Shown: positions 37,263 through 52,019 of the stretch, piece after piece
Layout of the letters: each line of letters opens with the position of its first letter
Position numbering within the stretch: position 1 is the stretch's first letter
NCBI GenBank assembly: GCA_030265395.1
Contig: JARFYF010000052.1
Location: forward strand, 121,497,017-121,561,016
Length of the DNA: 64,000 nucleotides
Direction: 5' to 3'
Origin: Rhina ancylostomus
Lineage: Eukaryota
Notes under the pieces: model-generated
What the model saw: only the letters and a program-made list of their open reading frames with translations
The model's database searches: none
Told to the model about the DNA's origin: nothing
Position numbers and translations under genes: made by a program

Positions 37263-40200
37263 TGCTACAATTTGATTCTTTACCAACCATTTTGTGCATA
37301 TGTTTTACTTTTGTTTTGAGTACCTGGGGAATGAACAATTGTGTTAAGGCTTAACTAACTGCAGCAAATAATTGTACCACATAGACCCTTCTTATATTTA
37401 CTATAACCCATAGGTTAGAGGGAAAACAATAAGGGAATGGGATTGATGAGATTTCTCTGACAGCTGGCATTGAGTCAATGGATTAAATAGCCTCCTTCTA
37501 CATTGTAAGGAGATATGAACTATAAGAAAAATGACAATGCCTTCTCTCATTTAATCTAAAGATAGAGAAGCCTACTGACAAAGAATCCTCAAACAGACTG
37601 TACACTTTACAAATACCACATTGTGAATGCACTGGCAGTCACTCAGAATATCATGATGAGTTGGAATTTGCTGGTGAAACTAACATCCTGTGAACAACAC
37701 ATGCCCTCATTAATTTGCAAATTGACCAGTAACTTACAATGACAGAAAAATAGTCAGTGAATTGCAAATAGTTGTAAGTTCCTTGATTCTGACAACTCCA
37801 TAAAAATAGGATCTAATGCCTGATCTGCTATGAATTTCATGAATTTGCTGCACTTGTACAGTAAATTATCCATTAAGTCACCACCAGAAGTTGTCTAGTA
37901 ATAAATGATATTAATACTCTTATAAAAATGTAATAATTATTAATGACCCAGTCAACCTCTGTGAATAAAGTGAACAATTAAGAGGTCAAAGTTGCATTAC
38001 GTACTGAGGAGTTGTTGGGAACTGTATGTCAAATATTACAATTTTTTGATTCTTTGTATATTATTCCTTTCTGCTTACTTTTCTCCCAGTCTTAACCCAT
38101 TCTCTTTGAATCTCGATTTCTTTCTGTACCATATTCGACTTTAACTTCAACCACTCTAATTCATCCTGATTCTCAGTCCTTTGCTTCTATCTAATTCATT
38201 AAATCACACTAATTAAAAACATGCACAGTTGATCCAGTCATCTAATTGTCCTATTGCCTATTATCAGCTCCAGTAAGCTGTAGGGCAAAACATTTTTAAG
38301 CTGAAGGTTACAGGAATGAGACTAACTACCAAGACATGTTGTAAAATGCAAAACTCCAGCATGTTCTGGACTAACAGTTTGGGATCCAATATCTCCTTGT
38401 TTTGAAAAGGCAAAATAACCATCCAAACATAACCTAGAATTAATTGTATATTGTCATGCATGTTATTAGAAACAGGGTATAGCTCATTCCTTAGGCCAAC
38501 CTTATACACTGTTTTCCTTCTGAATCAATGAACTTTCATTTACAACATTAAGGTAGCTCAATTTCCTGTCAGGACATTACAAGTTAAACAAAAACTTCAC
38601 ATCTCTTGATCCTTAAACGCCGAGGAATTTATCATACTGGAAAGTAAAAGAGCCACGAACTAATGTTGGTTGTAAACTATTATTTTATTAGTCCTAACAG
38701 AATTTGGGACTGGAGACTGGGCCTTATTGATTGGAATTTTACTTTACATCCCCTACTGATACTGACAAACACAATCCATCATTGACAAACATTGAGAGGC
38801 ACACAGAGTAACTGCCAACCCCTAAAAGGATTGCTGTTTGTCAATTGTAGATGCAAAGATGTTGCTTACAGACCAATCATCGTTCTAAGGAGGGGTGCAG
38901 AATTTGCAAAGTTTTGTTATGTTATTTCAATTGAGCAAAGAATTATATTGTTGCAAACCACAAGTAAACTATTTGCATTTATTGTGCCACATCACTCATT
39001 AGTGCATTATGCTCTGTGCAGAAAACACATATTGTAGCTCTCAATACCACATAGCCTGTAAACAAAATGTAAGCCAGAGATGTGAGACTTAAACTGTAAT
39101 TAAGAAACAGAACTTTGGAAAGAACAAGATGGAATGCATGTCAAATATTTTGGACCTAGAAACATTTAAACCAATTTCCTCATTATTTTCTCACTTAAAT
39201 GAATGTAAAGGAATCACAAAATGTATTTGTAGAACATATATTCTGGGTTCAAAAAAAACATAAAACTAAAGCAGCTTAGGAGTGGAATGATCTGTGTTTA
39301 AACTGCATAGATGTTCAGCTCACTATCACTTTCTTTCCCCATGCTTTCATCTTCAAGCTCTTTTCTCAACAGGCTACAGAACTCTCAGTCCTAAATTGGA
39401 TGTATTCCTTCTCCTCATCCATTTGTGCCCATAACAGACCAACCAACTCACCTCTGCTGGCAGAGAGAGTTTGGCCAGGTCAAAGATACTACATAACTCC
39501 AGCATGCAGCAATTGTTGTACTTAACTATAACAATAAGCAAAGCCAAAAATAGTATAAAAGCCAACTGCAGCCCAAAATGATCAAGTAAGTTCTTAGATG
39601 AATGTAGCTAAGGAACTCTTAAAATAATTCTGGTGCAGCCTTTCTCCCATTGCTTTGCACCAGGGAAATATAAGTGACCTTTTGCTAGGACAAACCCAGC
39701 AATCATGAATTAAATATGGCCAAAGAGATTGCTATGTTTTGGATTTGAACAGAATGATCACATAATGGTAGCCTTAATTTGGGTGTGTCCCAAATGGTCA
39801 GAATTCTCGTTCTCATGCTTGCTTTTCCTTGTCTTTGCATTATGGACATTAGGTCAAATTATTGAGATTGATGACCTAAACGATAAAAATAATTTGATTA
39901 TTTTGCATTTCCTAATGGACCATGCAATCAGTTTTATTATCTCAAAAGGATAAAACTATTACCAGATTTTCTAAATGGCTGGATGACAGATTTAGTGATT
40001 GATGCATTTGTGAAGCTTATTCTTAGAACTGCAAGCAATAAATATAAGCCTTGTGAGTTGGAATCGTTCACCAAGAGTTGTATTGAGAAATGAATAACCA
40101 TTTCACTACTCCAATGATCAGTAGTCATTAAATCTGTTTTTTAACTAGTGGTAGAGAGAAGGTAAGCAGTGGACCAAGCAGACCACTGCACACCCATTCT

Positions 40201-41884
40201 TACCAGCAGAAGGCTTAAAATGTTTGGAGGCACAGATCTCATTGTATCAGTGAGCCATGGACATTAAGTGGGAAACTTGCTGTTACTTGCTGGTTCTGGC
40301 CCTTTTATCTATTTTCTGCCCTGAAAAAATAGGCACAGTGTATGCTGATAGAGGGAATAAATTATGTCCTTTGTTCTGCAAGGATTATATTGTGGCTTTT
40401 AAGGAGCTAGATACAAAATTGTTCTATAGATTTGGATGCAAAAAGGCAATCTACCAGGAGAATTCACCTGCAAGATGACTCCTCTGACTATATTGCATTT
40501 CTCCAGTATTGGTCTGGAGCACCAGCCGAGATTGTACACTCAAGTTTTCTGAGTGGAACCTGGACATATCATCTTTGGATTCAGAATGTTTTGCCACAAT
40601 AACAAGAGCTTTCAGTTACAAAGCATTTGTAACATCTGAAAACATCCAAAATATAACAAACTTTGACTGGGCCATACCTGACATAAGTGAAGGTCATGTA
40701 TTTCTAATTAATATGTCATTAACCTTTGGTCTACTGACTCAGGAACAATGTATTCATCTTTATTTGGAAAGATAAATTGATACAACTTTCATGCTATAAC
40801 AAATTAATTCTTTAATTTTAATCTAACAATACAACAACTCCAATCAGCTTCTTGAGTCTCACTTGTACGTTCTATTTGTTCAGTGTGTTTGGAAGTGCTG
40901 GAGCCTTTCACCATCTGTCTTGGTAAAATCAGGGACCATTTCCAATTGGTTCACAGATCTTATTCACCATCAGATTTGGTTCCTGTTCGTATTCAAAATT
41001 AGAGCCAGAATGTGAGAGCCAAAGAGTGGGGCTGCATATCAATGCATGTTACTGTCTCCAACTGGGTTTACAGATTCAACAAATGCTCATCTCACTGTGA
41101 ATGAAAATGATGAGGTTGGTGGAGAAAGGGTAGGTACTACTTGGTAATCCAAATTGACGAGATGCTATCTTGCAGCCACACTGATTAGCAACAGTGATCT
41201 GTCTGCTATTTTTATTCATTATTTTAAGAAGGTGATTTTGAGTGAGGGGTAGGTCTGTGGTAATCTCTTCAAGAAATTGCCATCCCTGCCCTCCAATTTC
41301 TTTGTTAAGGTGTGATGTGTAGATGTTCAGTATGTTCCAAAGTGCCAAATGAGATTTAGATCGGAAGCTGAATATAATGCTGTGAAGAAACTAGAAGTGG
41401 TAACCATTGTATTAACTGTAACCATTGCACTCATGTATCTCCATTTGCCTTGAAGAATAGATTTCCTGGTGAATTTTTGCACTTTTCAAGGCAAGGAATG
41501 GAACTCTGGAAATTAATCTTCCACCAGCTGCATTGGATTTCAGAGAACTTATATGGAGCTGCCTCCATTTCCTTTTCAGTAAATTTGCCTGCTCTCCATC
41601 CTTCTCCTTCATGTCAAGGCCATGCAAAGGTACACATGGAAGGAACACCATTCTTGCCTGCAAGAATTCACTCCAAGACAGCCAAGGCAGCCATGATTTT
41701 AAAAAGAACCTGTTTGACAGATGTGTTTGCTTCTGCAGTATTCATTCCTCAGAATTTCAGGAGTCCACAGACACAAAACCTTCCAGGGACTGATTTTAAC
41801 ATCAAAGCTTTCAGGCCAGGTAGTTGGGAAGGGGAGCTGGAAATTCACTCAGTCCTGTAGAAATCAGACAGGGTCAAGTTTTGT

Positions 41885-43178
41885 GAAGTAACACTCACAT
41901 CTACTGTGAAGAAGAATTTTGAGAGATTGGTTATAGCTAGAATTAACTCCTGCCTGAGCAAGGACCTGGACCCACTACAATTTGCCACAACAGGTCTACA
42001 GCAGATGCAATCTCACTGGCTCTCCACTCAGCTTTGGAGAACCTAGACAACAGCAATACATATTTCAGGCTATTGTTTATCGATCACAGCTCAGTGTTCA
42101 ACACCACCATCCCCTCAGTACTAATCAACAAGCTTCAAAACCTGGGCCTCTGTACCTCCCTCTGTAAGTGGATCCTCGATTTCCTTATCGGGAGATCACA
42201 GTCAGTGTGGATCGGTAGTAACATCTCCCCCTCACTGACAATCTACACAGGCACACCTCAAGGATGTGTGCTTAGCCCACTGGTCTACTCTCTCTACACT
42301 CATGACTGTGTAGCTAGGCACAGCTCAAATGCCATCTACAAATTCACCGATAATTACACTGTTGTTGGTAGAATCTCAGATGGCGATGAGGAGGCGTACA
42401 GGAGTGAGGTAGATCGGCTGGTTGAGTGGTGTCGTGACAACAACCTCTCACTCAACATCAGCAAGACCAACAAATTGATTGTGGGCTTCAGAAAGGGGAA
42501 ATCGGGAGAACACACACTGGTCTTCATTGAGGAGTCAGTGGTGAAAAGGGTGAGCAGCTTCAAGTTCCTCGGCGTCAACATCTCAGAGGATCTACCTTGG
42601 GCCCAACATTGATGCAATCATGAAGAAAGCATGCCAGCAGCTCTACTTCATTAGGAGTTTGAGGAGATTGGGTATGTCACCAAAGACTCTTGCAAATTTC
42701 TACCAATGTACAGTGAAGAGCATTCTCACTGGTTGCATCACTGCCTAGTATTAAAGGCTCCAATGCACAGGATCGTAAAAGGGTGCAGAGGGTTGTAGGC
42801 TCAGCCAGCTCCATTACAACCCTCCCCACCATCGAGGACATCTTNNNNNNNNNNNNNNNNNNNNNNNNNNNNNNNNNNNNNNNNNNNNNNNNNNNNNNNN
42901 NNNNNNNNNNNNNNNNNNNNNNNNNNNNNNNNNNNNNNNNNNNNNNNNNNNNNNNNNNNCACTCAATGTTTCAGGAACAGCTTCTTCCCCTCCGCCATCA
43001 GATTTCTGAATGGTCCATGAACCCATGAGCACTACCTTGTTATTCCTCTTTTGAACTACTTATTTATTTTTAGAACTTATCGTAATGTTTATGTCTTTAT
43101 GCCTTGCACTGTACTGCTGCCCTGCTGCAAAACAAATTTCATGACAAGTCAGTGATAATAAACCTGATTCTGATTCTG
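41885..43178 (+). mobile_element. Rex1/Babar LINE, 5'-truncated, with a nearly complete but dead RT domain
   Basis: ORF 42034-42612: [37 protein letters not shown] (catalytic FADD lost), FKFLGV; stops downstream; (gattct)n tail. Confidence 0.95.
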
Positions 43179-44254
43179 AAGTCAAAAACTCATGAGTATG
43201 ACACTGGCCCTTCATTTCTGCCCTGAATGGATTTCTAGTAGTTGACAACACTTTGTAAAGCATGGAGAAGAGGTTTCTGTAATGGTTCCCACTTGATTCC
43301 TGCCAGCCAGCCAACATTCAAATGGGCTGGGGTTCAACTGAGATCAGTAGGTTTTTATTTTGTTGAAAGGTTCCTCATCTTTGAATGAATAGGATTAAAA
43401 TTGCCATCCTAATTTTCATTATTTGCAGTTGACCACCACAAGAGCAGCCCCTTCTATTTCCCATCCACTTATATATCATGTGTGCAGTCTATGTAAGCAT
43501 AGGATGTTCATTTTGTTACTCGGATTCAATCCCGGCTCGCAAATGTGAACATGCACTGTGTTAACTCACAGTATCATCTAATTTCACTGTGCAATCACCT
43601 TGACCTGCTGTAAAAAAATTCTTGCTTCAAACATTATAGAGAATAATTATTTTCAGTTTGCCTCCCTGCAACATAATGAGTCTACTTGTCAGTCATGGCT
43701 TAGGTTAAATAAAGTAAGATTGAGCTTTGATCCAATCTAGAGTGGAATCATATCTATTACATTGACTTTAATTATGATACTTCATAAACAATGGTGCAAG
43801 AATTATTTTATCTGTAAGTGCGATTAGCTCAACCCATTATTGAGAAACCAGGACTCAACCTAATTAGTTGTCTGCACCTCCTTGTAGATCAGTCTGCAGC
43901 GCACATTTATTTGATGACAGCATCAGCCTTCAGCAACTACAAATGCTGTTTAAGATGCATTGGCAATTTTTGTCAATCGTCTTCCTCTATTCTGTGATGA
44001 CAGCTGCATATAACAGTCCACCACTGCCTTATTAGGTAGAGTTCATACACAAGCATTTATAAAAAGATGGACACCCCATGATTTCAGATTGGGGCTTTGC
44101 CAGTCCACAATCACATTCACTCCACTCTGTCACCTTCTCAACCAATCCCTTGAAAATTGATTTCCTCTGCCTTCAGAAGACAGGAGTGCGTATAGTGCAG
44201 CCATTTTGACTAGAAGCAGTCTTTGCTACAGAGATTTTGGAGACGGCTATAGGA

Positions 44255-44595
44255 ATAACACAGTGGTGCAACTGGGAGAGCTGCTGCCTCACAGCTCCAG
44301 CAAGACAGGCTCAATCCTGCCCTCTGGTGTTCTCTGTGTGGAGTTTCCACGTTCGCTCTGTGGCCACATGGGTTTCCTCCAGATTCCCCAGGTTCCTCCC
44401 ACATCTCAAAGATGTTTTGGTTGTTAGGATAATTGGTTCTATATAAAACTGCCCCTTGTGCAGATGTGTGATGGAATTGAGGGGAATGTGGGGAGAATAG
44501 ATTACTGGAAAATGAGTGTGAATTCATGGGATTGCTCTGTGAGCCAGCATAGACTTGGTTAAATGGCTCCCTTCAAGAAAACATGGAAATATGCA
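44255..44595 (+). mobile_element. tRNA-derived V-SINE
   Basis: Head cacagtggtgcaactgggagagctgctgcctcacagctccag, core gggtttcctccagattccccaggttcctcccacatc. Confidence 0.88.
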
Positions 44596-47500
44596 GTAGC
44601 CCCAATTCCTGGCCTTCTCCCTGCTTCTCCTGATTTCTGGGATCCTTCCTGGATAGGTCAGGTTCACACTGGGATCACTATCCCCCAGGCCTTTCAGTAT
44701 TTGGTAGGTTTCAATGAGATCTCCGTTCATCCTTCTGAACATCTAGTATAGGGCCAGAGACATCAAACGCTCCTATAGACTTCAGTAAACCTGAATTTGA
44801 AATACTTCTGAGCTGAGTTATGCTTTTTGCCGTTAGCTTGTCTTCTATGTGGTACACATCTTAAGGTATCACATTGAAAGCATTGTGTAGCAGGACATTG
44901 TGCTACCATGCCAGAAAACAACATTGCCATGCAGAGTCGTTTGCCCAACATATCCCAGAAACATACCATGATCGGCTTTAAGCTCTTTGGCTACTGGGTC
45001 GTTTCCAAAACTTTGCTCACAACACAAGGTCAAACTTGCAGCTGATGGCGAGATTGAACCAACAATGAGGCAAAATATTGGCCCCGATGTAATCCAGAGA
45101 TGTGATGCTGCTTTATGTCAAGGAATGAATGCCCATTCTCAACTAATACCTCTTTTCATTTTGTTCCCACTATTTTATCTTGGTGTTGACAAAAAGAAAA
45201 GTGGATCCAATGCAATTGCTCACAAGCCTCACTTAACTTTAAATATTTTGAATGGTGACAGTGCCCATCATTCTGCACTGCTGAAATTGAATAAACTCCA
45301 GGCATGAACTAATGTAACGGACATTACAGCACAAAGAAAATGAAATCAGGCCCAGTGTGTCTCTTGCATGTCACGATTAACAGACAAATAAGGATTCATG
45401 GATAAAAAGCTTGGTTCAGTCTTCGTGTAGATAAACAATTTGGGATTATGTAGCCAATTTAACATCATAAAAGCTGCTTCACCAACAGCAGTATCAGACA
45501 AAATTTAAACATGAGTCATATAAGCAGATACTGGGGTGGCTAACTGCAAAAGTGGCAGATTTTAAGGATATCTTGAAGGAGCAGAGGCTGAGGATTAGGG
45601 AAGAAATTCCAGTTGATTGCCTATTTAAATTTTACTACAACACATCAAAACATTCCAAGCTTTCCATATTGTCAGACTTGCTGGTACATTTAACTAATGG
45701 TTAGTGGGCTCAGCTGTTGCTTATCATTACTCAGCTTTGGTCTCTTTTTAGTCACTGCAGCACATGTGGCAGTTGATCAAAATACTGTAAACATGATTTT
45801 CTTTCATCAGCTTTTCCAGTACTTTGACCTTTGTCGGGTCCTCAGTATTTTTGGCATGGTTGTTTTATGTGTGATGAACGCTTTGAATCTGAAGAGGAAT
45901 GCTTTTGTTCTCAAAGGATGATAGTTGCTTTGTTTTGTCAATTATGCACCTACAGGTGAGGTGAAAATGATTCATAGAATGCACAAGGCTAAAAAGCTAT
46001 TTCTTATACAAGTTATTCACTAGAGTGGAGCTAATCTGAATAATTGCTTGCAATGTTTTCTGTGTTTGTATTCAATGAATGATGGAAAAGATTGAGGAGG
46101 AACAGCCTATGCCTTGTCCTAAATGAATAACCTAAACCCTCAATACATCAAGCTGGGCAATGGATGTCACTCCAGAATCCAAAATCTGTCCTATCTTTAC
46201 TTAGCTTAACAAGATTTCTGGCCCTGACATATTTATGTTGTGGAAATCAAGCGAATGTATTTCAAGGGAAGTCTGATACTTGCACTGAGGAACCACACCT
46301 GTAAAAAGTATAGCTAAAAAAAATGAGCCCAGGATTGTCCTTATTTTTCTCTTATATCTTATTTTATCCTTCAGGAATGGTAACCCTTCAAAAAAATGTA
46401 CATTTATTAATCCTAATTGATCATTCCAAACTCTTGCTGAATCCCTCCAGTCGGCCTTTCCCTTAATCCCTCTAAAAAACTTAACTTGTAATTTAGCATG
46501 AATAGACAATAGATCAGCTGGTAAAATATATACCACAAGTGCCACATTTTAATGCCGCCCCATAGCAGAAAAAAGTGGCCTTTTTCTAATTGACACTAAT
46601 TTCCCAATAATTAAAAAAAGTCATCTATTTCTTTTCCTGTTACTTAATGCATCTCTCCACCAGATACATTGATTCACCAAGAGCAATTTCACACAGGATT
46701 TAATAGAAGCTTTCATTTTGTCTAATTATGGCTTTAGGAGTTGAAATATTGCTGGAATATTTAGTCTTAGCAATTATTAATAGATCAAAAATTTATAATA
46801 CAATGTAAAAGCTTTCAAGGTTATTATACTGTGGTATTACATGCAGAGTGGTGTAACCTGTCACTTTGAAAGCAAAATCCAAACTGTAGATCTTGCTAAC
46901 ACTGACCAAAGCTTCTGTGTGAAGGAAGAAAGAGTCAGAACTAATTGGCAAAAATTTTATTCTGAAATCCCAATGGTTCTGATTGTAATTGTTGGCCAAT
47001 TTTCAATGAATGAATAGATAATCCACTTTTCCAGAATTGAGGTTGGACTTAATTTAATCTCCAGTTCCACAGCACTCCCGCCATCACTCTTTTCCACAAG
47101 TGGCTCTTCCCCCCAATCTCCATCAACCACAACCAGCAAAAGACCTGGCATTCAGTTGAGGACTGTCCCCAGTAACTGGAAACCTAAAATTGGAAACTAC
47201 ACACTGTGCAAGCTGTCTCTGGAAGCACCATGACACTCATTGTATTCCTATTGGTTCTGCATGGTCAACTATTTCTCGAAGGCATTCTAACACTACATGT
47301 TCTACTCCTCTCAAGACATCACACAGGCCAGCAGAAAAGGACAGGAAACTGGACCTGTTCATATTTCCATGAAGACCAGTGTCAACACAAAGACTCACTT
47401 CTTCTGCAGCATCCCCGCATTTTCACATTATCCAACTCTTATCAACAGAGGGAACATCACTGATGGGCAGAGTGCTTTATGCAGCTCTTCGAGTACCATA

Positions 47501-48689
47501 TTTAAAAATCCACAGATGTGCTCTTCAACCATTGCTCAGGAAGCCAAAGAATGCTGAAAACCTGAGTCCAAGAGGGAGGTCTGTTGATCAGTGCAAAGGA
47601 ATAAATCTTCAGAACTCAGACATTGTTTCTTGTTTGAACACCGTGGCTTTGGATACTGAACCCTGAGTTTCAAATCAATGGCAGCTCTCACTTTTGACTT
47701 GTAAAAGCTGAGGAGATACTTGATGGCCAGAACAGCTCTGAAACAGCTGGATCAGGGCTGCTTCTTCATCAATTCCTCTGGGTATCTTGAACACATAGAG
47801 GAGCTGGAGAATGGGACTTAACTGGAGGAGAAATGGGCATGGCAGGTGTTTCTCAGGATGGTCCCACCTTTGCCTAAATAAGCTAATCATCTCATAGAAC
47901 TGGAGAAATGATGGATTTCAGGAAGAAATAGCCTCCCATTCTTGGGGAGTAAATTGAGGGCTAACAGAACAAGGGAGCAAAGAACAACTGTCATGCCATG
48001 AAACCCAAATGTAGAGGCGCAGGCTGATACTGCGCTTACTTCTGTGCTGAGAAGTACAATGGGAACACTAAGTATCAAGGAATGATGCATCAGACAAACA
48101 AGAAGTAAAGGCGCATGCACAACCCTAGTCTCAGAGAAATAAAATCTTTGCAACTGCTTTAGGGTGAGATTGATTTTCATAAAGAACATATTAATGCAAC
48201 ATGTAGTGCGTGATAAAATACGTTATGGTAGTATTGATCACCAAGTATCCTTTAGGACTTAATAGTTGACACCATTCAATAGTGATGCTCCTTGAAAAGA
48301 TGTATGATAAGGTGCAGTACACTTCTTGTGCAGACAATTTGATCTGAAAAGATTATTTACTATACATGAAAGAATACACATAAAGTAATAATATTGAACA
48401 ATTGATTAAATTCAATTGGAACCAAAACAGCTTATTTGCTTAAAACTATGATAAATGTTCATTTCTTTCATTATAGATGACCGTCTGCTGACATAACAGC
48501 AGGATTATGTGATTTGCAAACATACAATTCTGTTACTGGAAGGGGAAACAAATAGTTAATGATAATGCAACATCGGTGATAGCAATATACACTTCTCCAA
48601 TGTCCGCAAAGTGACTTTGTGACAGTGATAAGAGTTCAGTAATGACAGTAGGGAGACGAAATGCTATTGCAAAATGTCCAAGTAGCTAC

Positions 48690-49445
48690 TGCAAAAACAA
48701 TGGCAAAGGAACCATGGTGTTACCATTAGTTGTCAATGTTCAGAGTAATCTGGGTGTCCATACAAGAAACTCAGTTGTAGGTACAGCAAGTAACTAACAA
48801 GGGGCCCTGTGAGGATACTAGCTGAGGTTTGTGGTGGGCTGATGGGTTACCAAAGTAAGGGTGTCTTGCTACAAATGTACAGGGCTTTGGTGAGGACGCA
48901 CTGAGAGCACTGCACGCAGTTTTGGTTTCCTGATTTAAGGAACAGTGTACTTGACTTATAGCAGTCCCATTCACCAGTTATATCAGTTCAGTCTTCTGAT
49001 TCCTGGGATTAGGGGAGTTGTCTAATGAGGAAATATTGTGCAGAATGGGCCCATACTCTCTAGAGCTCAGTAGAATAAAAAGTGATCTCTTTGAAAGCAG
49101 GATGACTCTGAGGTGCTTGTCAAGCCAGATACTGTAAAAATATTTCACCTGGTGAAGGAATCTCAGGATTAGAGGTCAGTCCAATTAATGTTGGAATGAG
49201 GAGAAACTTCTTCTCTCAGAGGGTTGTGAATTTTTGGAATTTGCTCTACCAGAAAGCTAAGGATACTATATTTAAGTATACTCACGATGAAGATTGATCT
49301 TTGAACAACAGGGAAATAAATCAAGGATTGTGGGAACCCTGTAGGTGTCGAGGACAAAGATCTAGTAAGCCATGATCTTATTGAATGGGACAGCAGGTTC
49401 AAAATGCTAAAGGCCTGCTCCTGGCCCTATTTCTTATGTTCTTAT
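48690..49445 (+). mobile_element. CR1-type LINE 3' region
   Basis: tgtacagggctttggtgagg..cactgagagcactgc; gagaaacttcttctctcagagggttgtgaatttttggaatt; tail tatttcttatgttctta. Confidence 0.88.
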
Positions 49446-51571
49446 GTAATGCAGAATATGGACAGTATGGGGGAATGGAAAAGCTAGCACTATCATCAGG
49501 TAGCAGTGCCGAAAGCATCTCCCAAAAAAAAGTAAACATCATTGTTCATTATACATGCCTTTCCCTTGAGAGTATTGGATCACAAGATGACTTCTTATGT
49601 CCAAAATTCTGAGGATCTAGCAGATGGCTTAAAGACAGCTACATCATCTAATGGAGAGAAAGAGGCTAAGGAATGTTAGCACAGTGATGGCTTATATCAT
49701 ACCTGCAATGAGCAAAAATGAAATAATGACAGAGAACATAAACAAGATACTAAGAAAAAAGATCAAAACTTTGTCACAGAGAGAGATGTTAAGAAGCTTC
49801 TTACATAAAGCCATACACTTGTTGAAGATTTAATTTAAGAAAATACTGGACTTGAGCAGGGAAAGATATTTGGCAAGGTTTAGCAACTATTGTATTAGTT
49901 AAAAAGTTAATTTAATTGCATTACATTACATATGCTATGATAATAAAGATATTCCCTTGTTGGAACTTCTGCCTGTATGGAAAATTATCTTATCACAAAT
50001 CTTAGCTCTATTTTTAAGGCATGAGTATTATGGTCAAAGATATTATATGAAAGACAAGCCGTTATCAATTAGATGAAATATTTTGCTGAACAAGACAAGA
50101 AAATCCATAGCTGCCTTGCTTGCTTCACTGGAGCTGAGTCCAGTCAAGCCATATACTTTCTTAAATTGCTCACTGGAAAATCTTATTGTCTCACTCCTTA
50201 TGGTTTAATTATTCATTTTTCAGGGTGCAAGTGTTGTTCCCCATTTCCTTTACTATTAACTTTAAGGCTGCCATCCTTTTAAGGATTGTTTCATAAGTCA
50301 AACAGCTCTCTTTATTACCATGTTTTATAGAAACCTCCAGAGGTAGTTCATAAAGAGTTTTTGACTAAATTGCACTCTCCTCATTTAAACTCCTCAATTC
50401 TATTGTGTTTTAGTTTCTACATCCTGCAGCTACATCTGCAGGAAGAGCAGCTAACTGTATCGACATCAATTAGGCTGGGTGGTTGTATAGCAGAGATAGT
50501 TAATGGTCTACAAATCCAGAAAATGAGCAATATTTGGAACTCAGAGCATGCTGTGAGAAAGCAAAGACTCTGAATGTACAAGTTGTCAGAATAGAATGAG
50601 GAAGGGTGGTGACAGAAGTATATCTGCCAAGATTTAATCATGTCTCTGATCCCCTGTGGTTTTCACTGTCCACAATATTCACAACGTAAAATAAAAAAGG
50701 CTCCAGATATCCATTTTCCATACCCAAAGCCTCTTCAAGTGCTAAAAGTCAGAAGCTGTTGAGCTATAAAGAATATTTCAGCTATACATCTGAAACATTT
50801 ATTTGTTTACACATGGCATTTCATGTCAATATTCAGCTGATGGTTTCAACAACAGGACACAAGTGAAATTTGTATTTTACCACCTAAAATGCAACCACAT
50901 TGTGACTAAATAATTTCATTGAAACTGTCTTGGCACCTGAAACCACAATAAAGTGAAATCTGATAATAAGTGTAACCCCACAGTAACTATTGAAATCGTG
51001 ACCTTGTAACGTATCGCAATTTTATCAAGCAGCTGAAATAGAATCCAGACAGGAGAGGGGAAAGACTAGAAGTCTTGTTTACTCAGGCCAGGAAGGGAAG
51101 AGAGAGTATGAAAATTCATGTTAGATCAAAGGGCTAGTGTGGTTTTGCCTTAAAGAAAGACCTCTCAGCAACAGGGGACTGCAGTTGGGGAAAGGTAACT
51201 TGATGACTCACCAGAAGGATAACCTGGTTAATCATAAGTTTACACGAGGCTTAGTTTGTAGCATACAGGGGTAAAGAGAAAGAGAATGGTATCAAAGTGA
51301 CAGCCTTTTACATTTGGGTCATTATAATCTCTCAACATCAAGTTAGGGTAGTTCACTGCAAAAGTTGCAGGCAATGAGCATCTGCAATAAGAGAACTGTT
51401 ACGTACCAGCAACAACAGAAACACACCAAGACATGTATAAGTGTTAAAAACTACTTTATTAATAACTACTTNNNNNNNNNNNNNNNNNNNNNNNNNNNNN
51501 NNNNNNNNNNNNNNNNNNNNNNNNNNNNNNNNNNNNNNNNNNNNNNNNNNNNNNNNNNNNNNNNNNNNNNN

Positions 51572-51635
<64 letters not shown>
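51572..51635. repeat. (CA)n microsatellite
   Basis: Seen directly. Confidence 0.98.
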
Positions 51636-51638
<3 letters not shown>

Positions 51639-51817
51639 TTAAAGGAACGTCACTAATTGTAACCTAGTCCATAACAGAACATCTAACCACTTACCCTTGA
51701 TGTTTAATGACATTACCATCACTGTGTTTCCCATCATCAAAATCCTGGGGGTCATCAGTGACCAAACCCAGCTGGACCAGTAACATAAATACTAAAGCTA
51801 GAAGAGCAGGTTAAAAG

Positions 51818-51985
51818 ATCATAGAGTAATTCAGCATGGAAGCAGGCCCTTTGGCCCAACTTGTCCATGCCAACCATGGTGCCCACCAAGCTAGTCTCAT
51901 TGGTCCATGTTTGGCTCAGATCTGTCTGAACCCCTCCTATCCATGTACTAATCTGAACGTCTTTTAAATGTTGTTATTGCCATTC
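51818..51985 (-). mobile_element. CR1/HER1 3' tail nested in a LINE
   Basis: atcatagagt...cagcatggaagcaggccctttggcccaac matches the starts of 33555 and 60390. Confidence 0.85.
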
Positions 51986-52019
51986 ACTTTATTAGATAAA
52001 ACTGCATGCAAAAGAACTA

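Noticed and set aside
42034-42612. Reverse transcriptase ORF as a possible retron, DGR or novel RT system
   Set aside because: It is an ordinary Rex1/Babar non-LTR RT with a mutated catalytic motif and a LINE tail, and related fragments occur elsewhere in the window
44981-45000. Similarity to the 3' half of miR-222
   Set aside because: The seed AGCTACAT is absent and no precursor hairpin is evident
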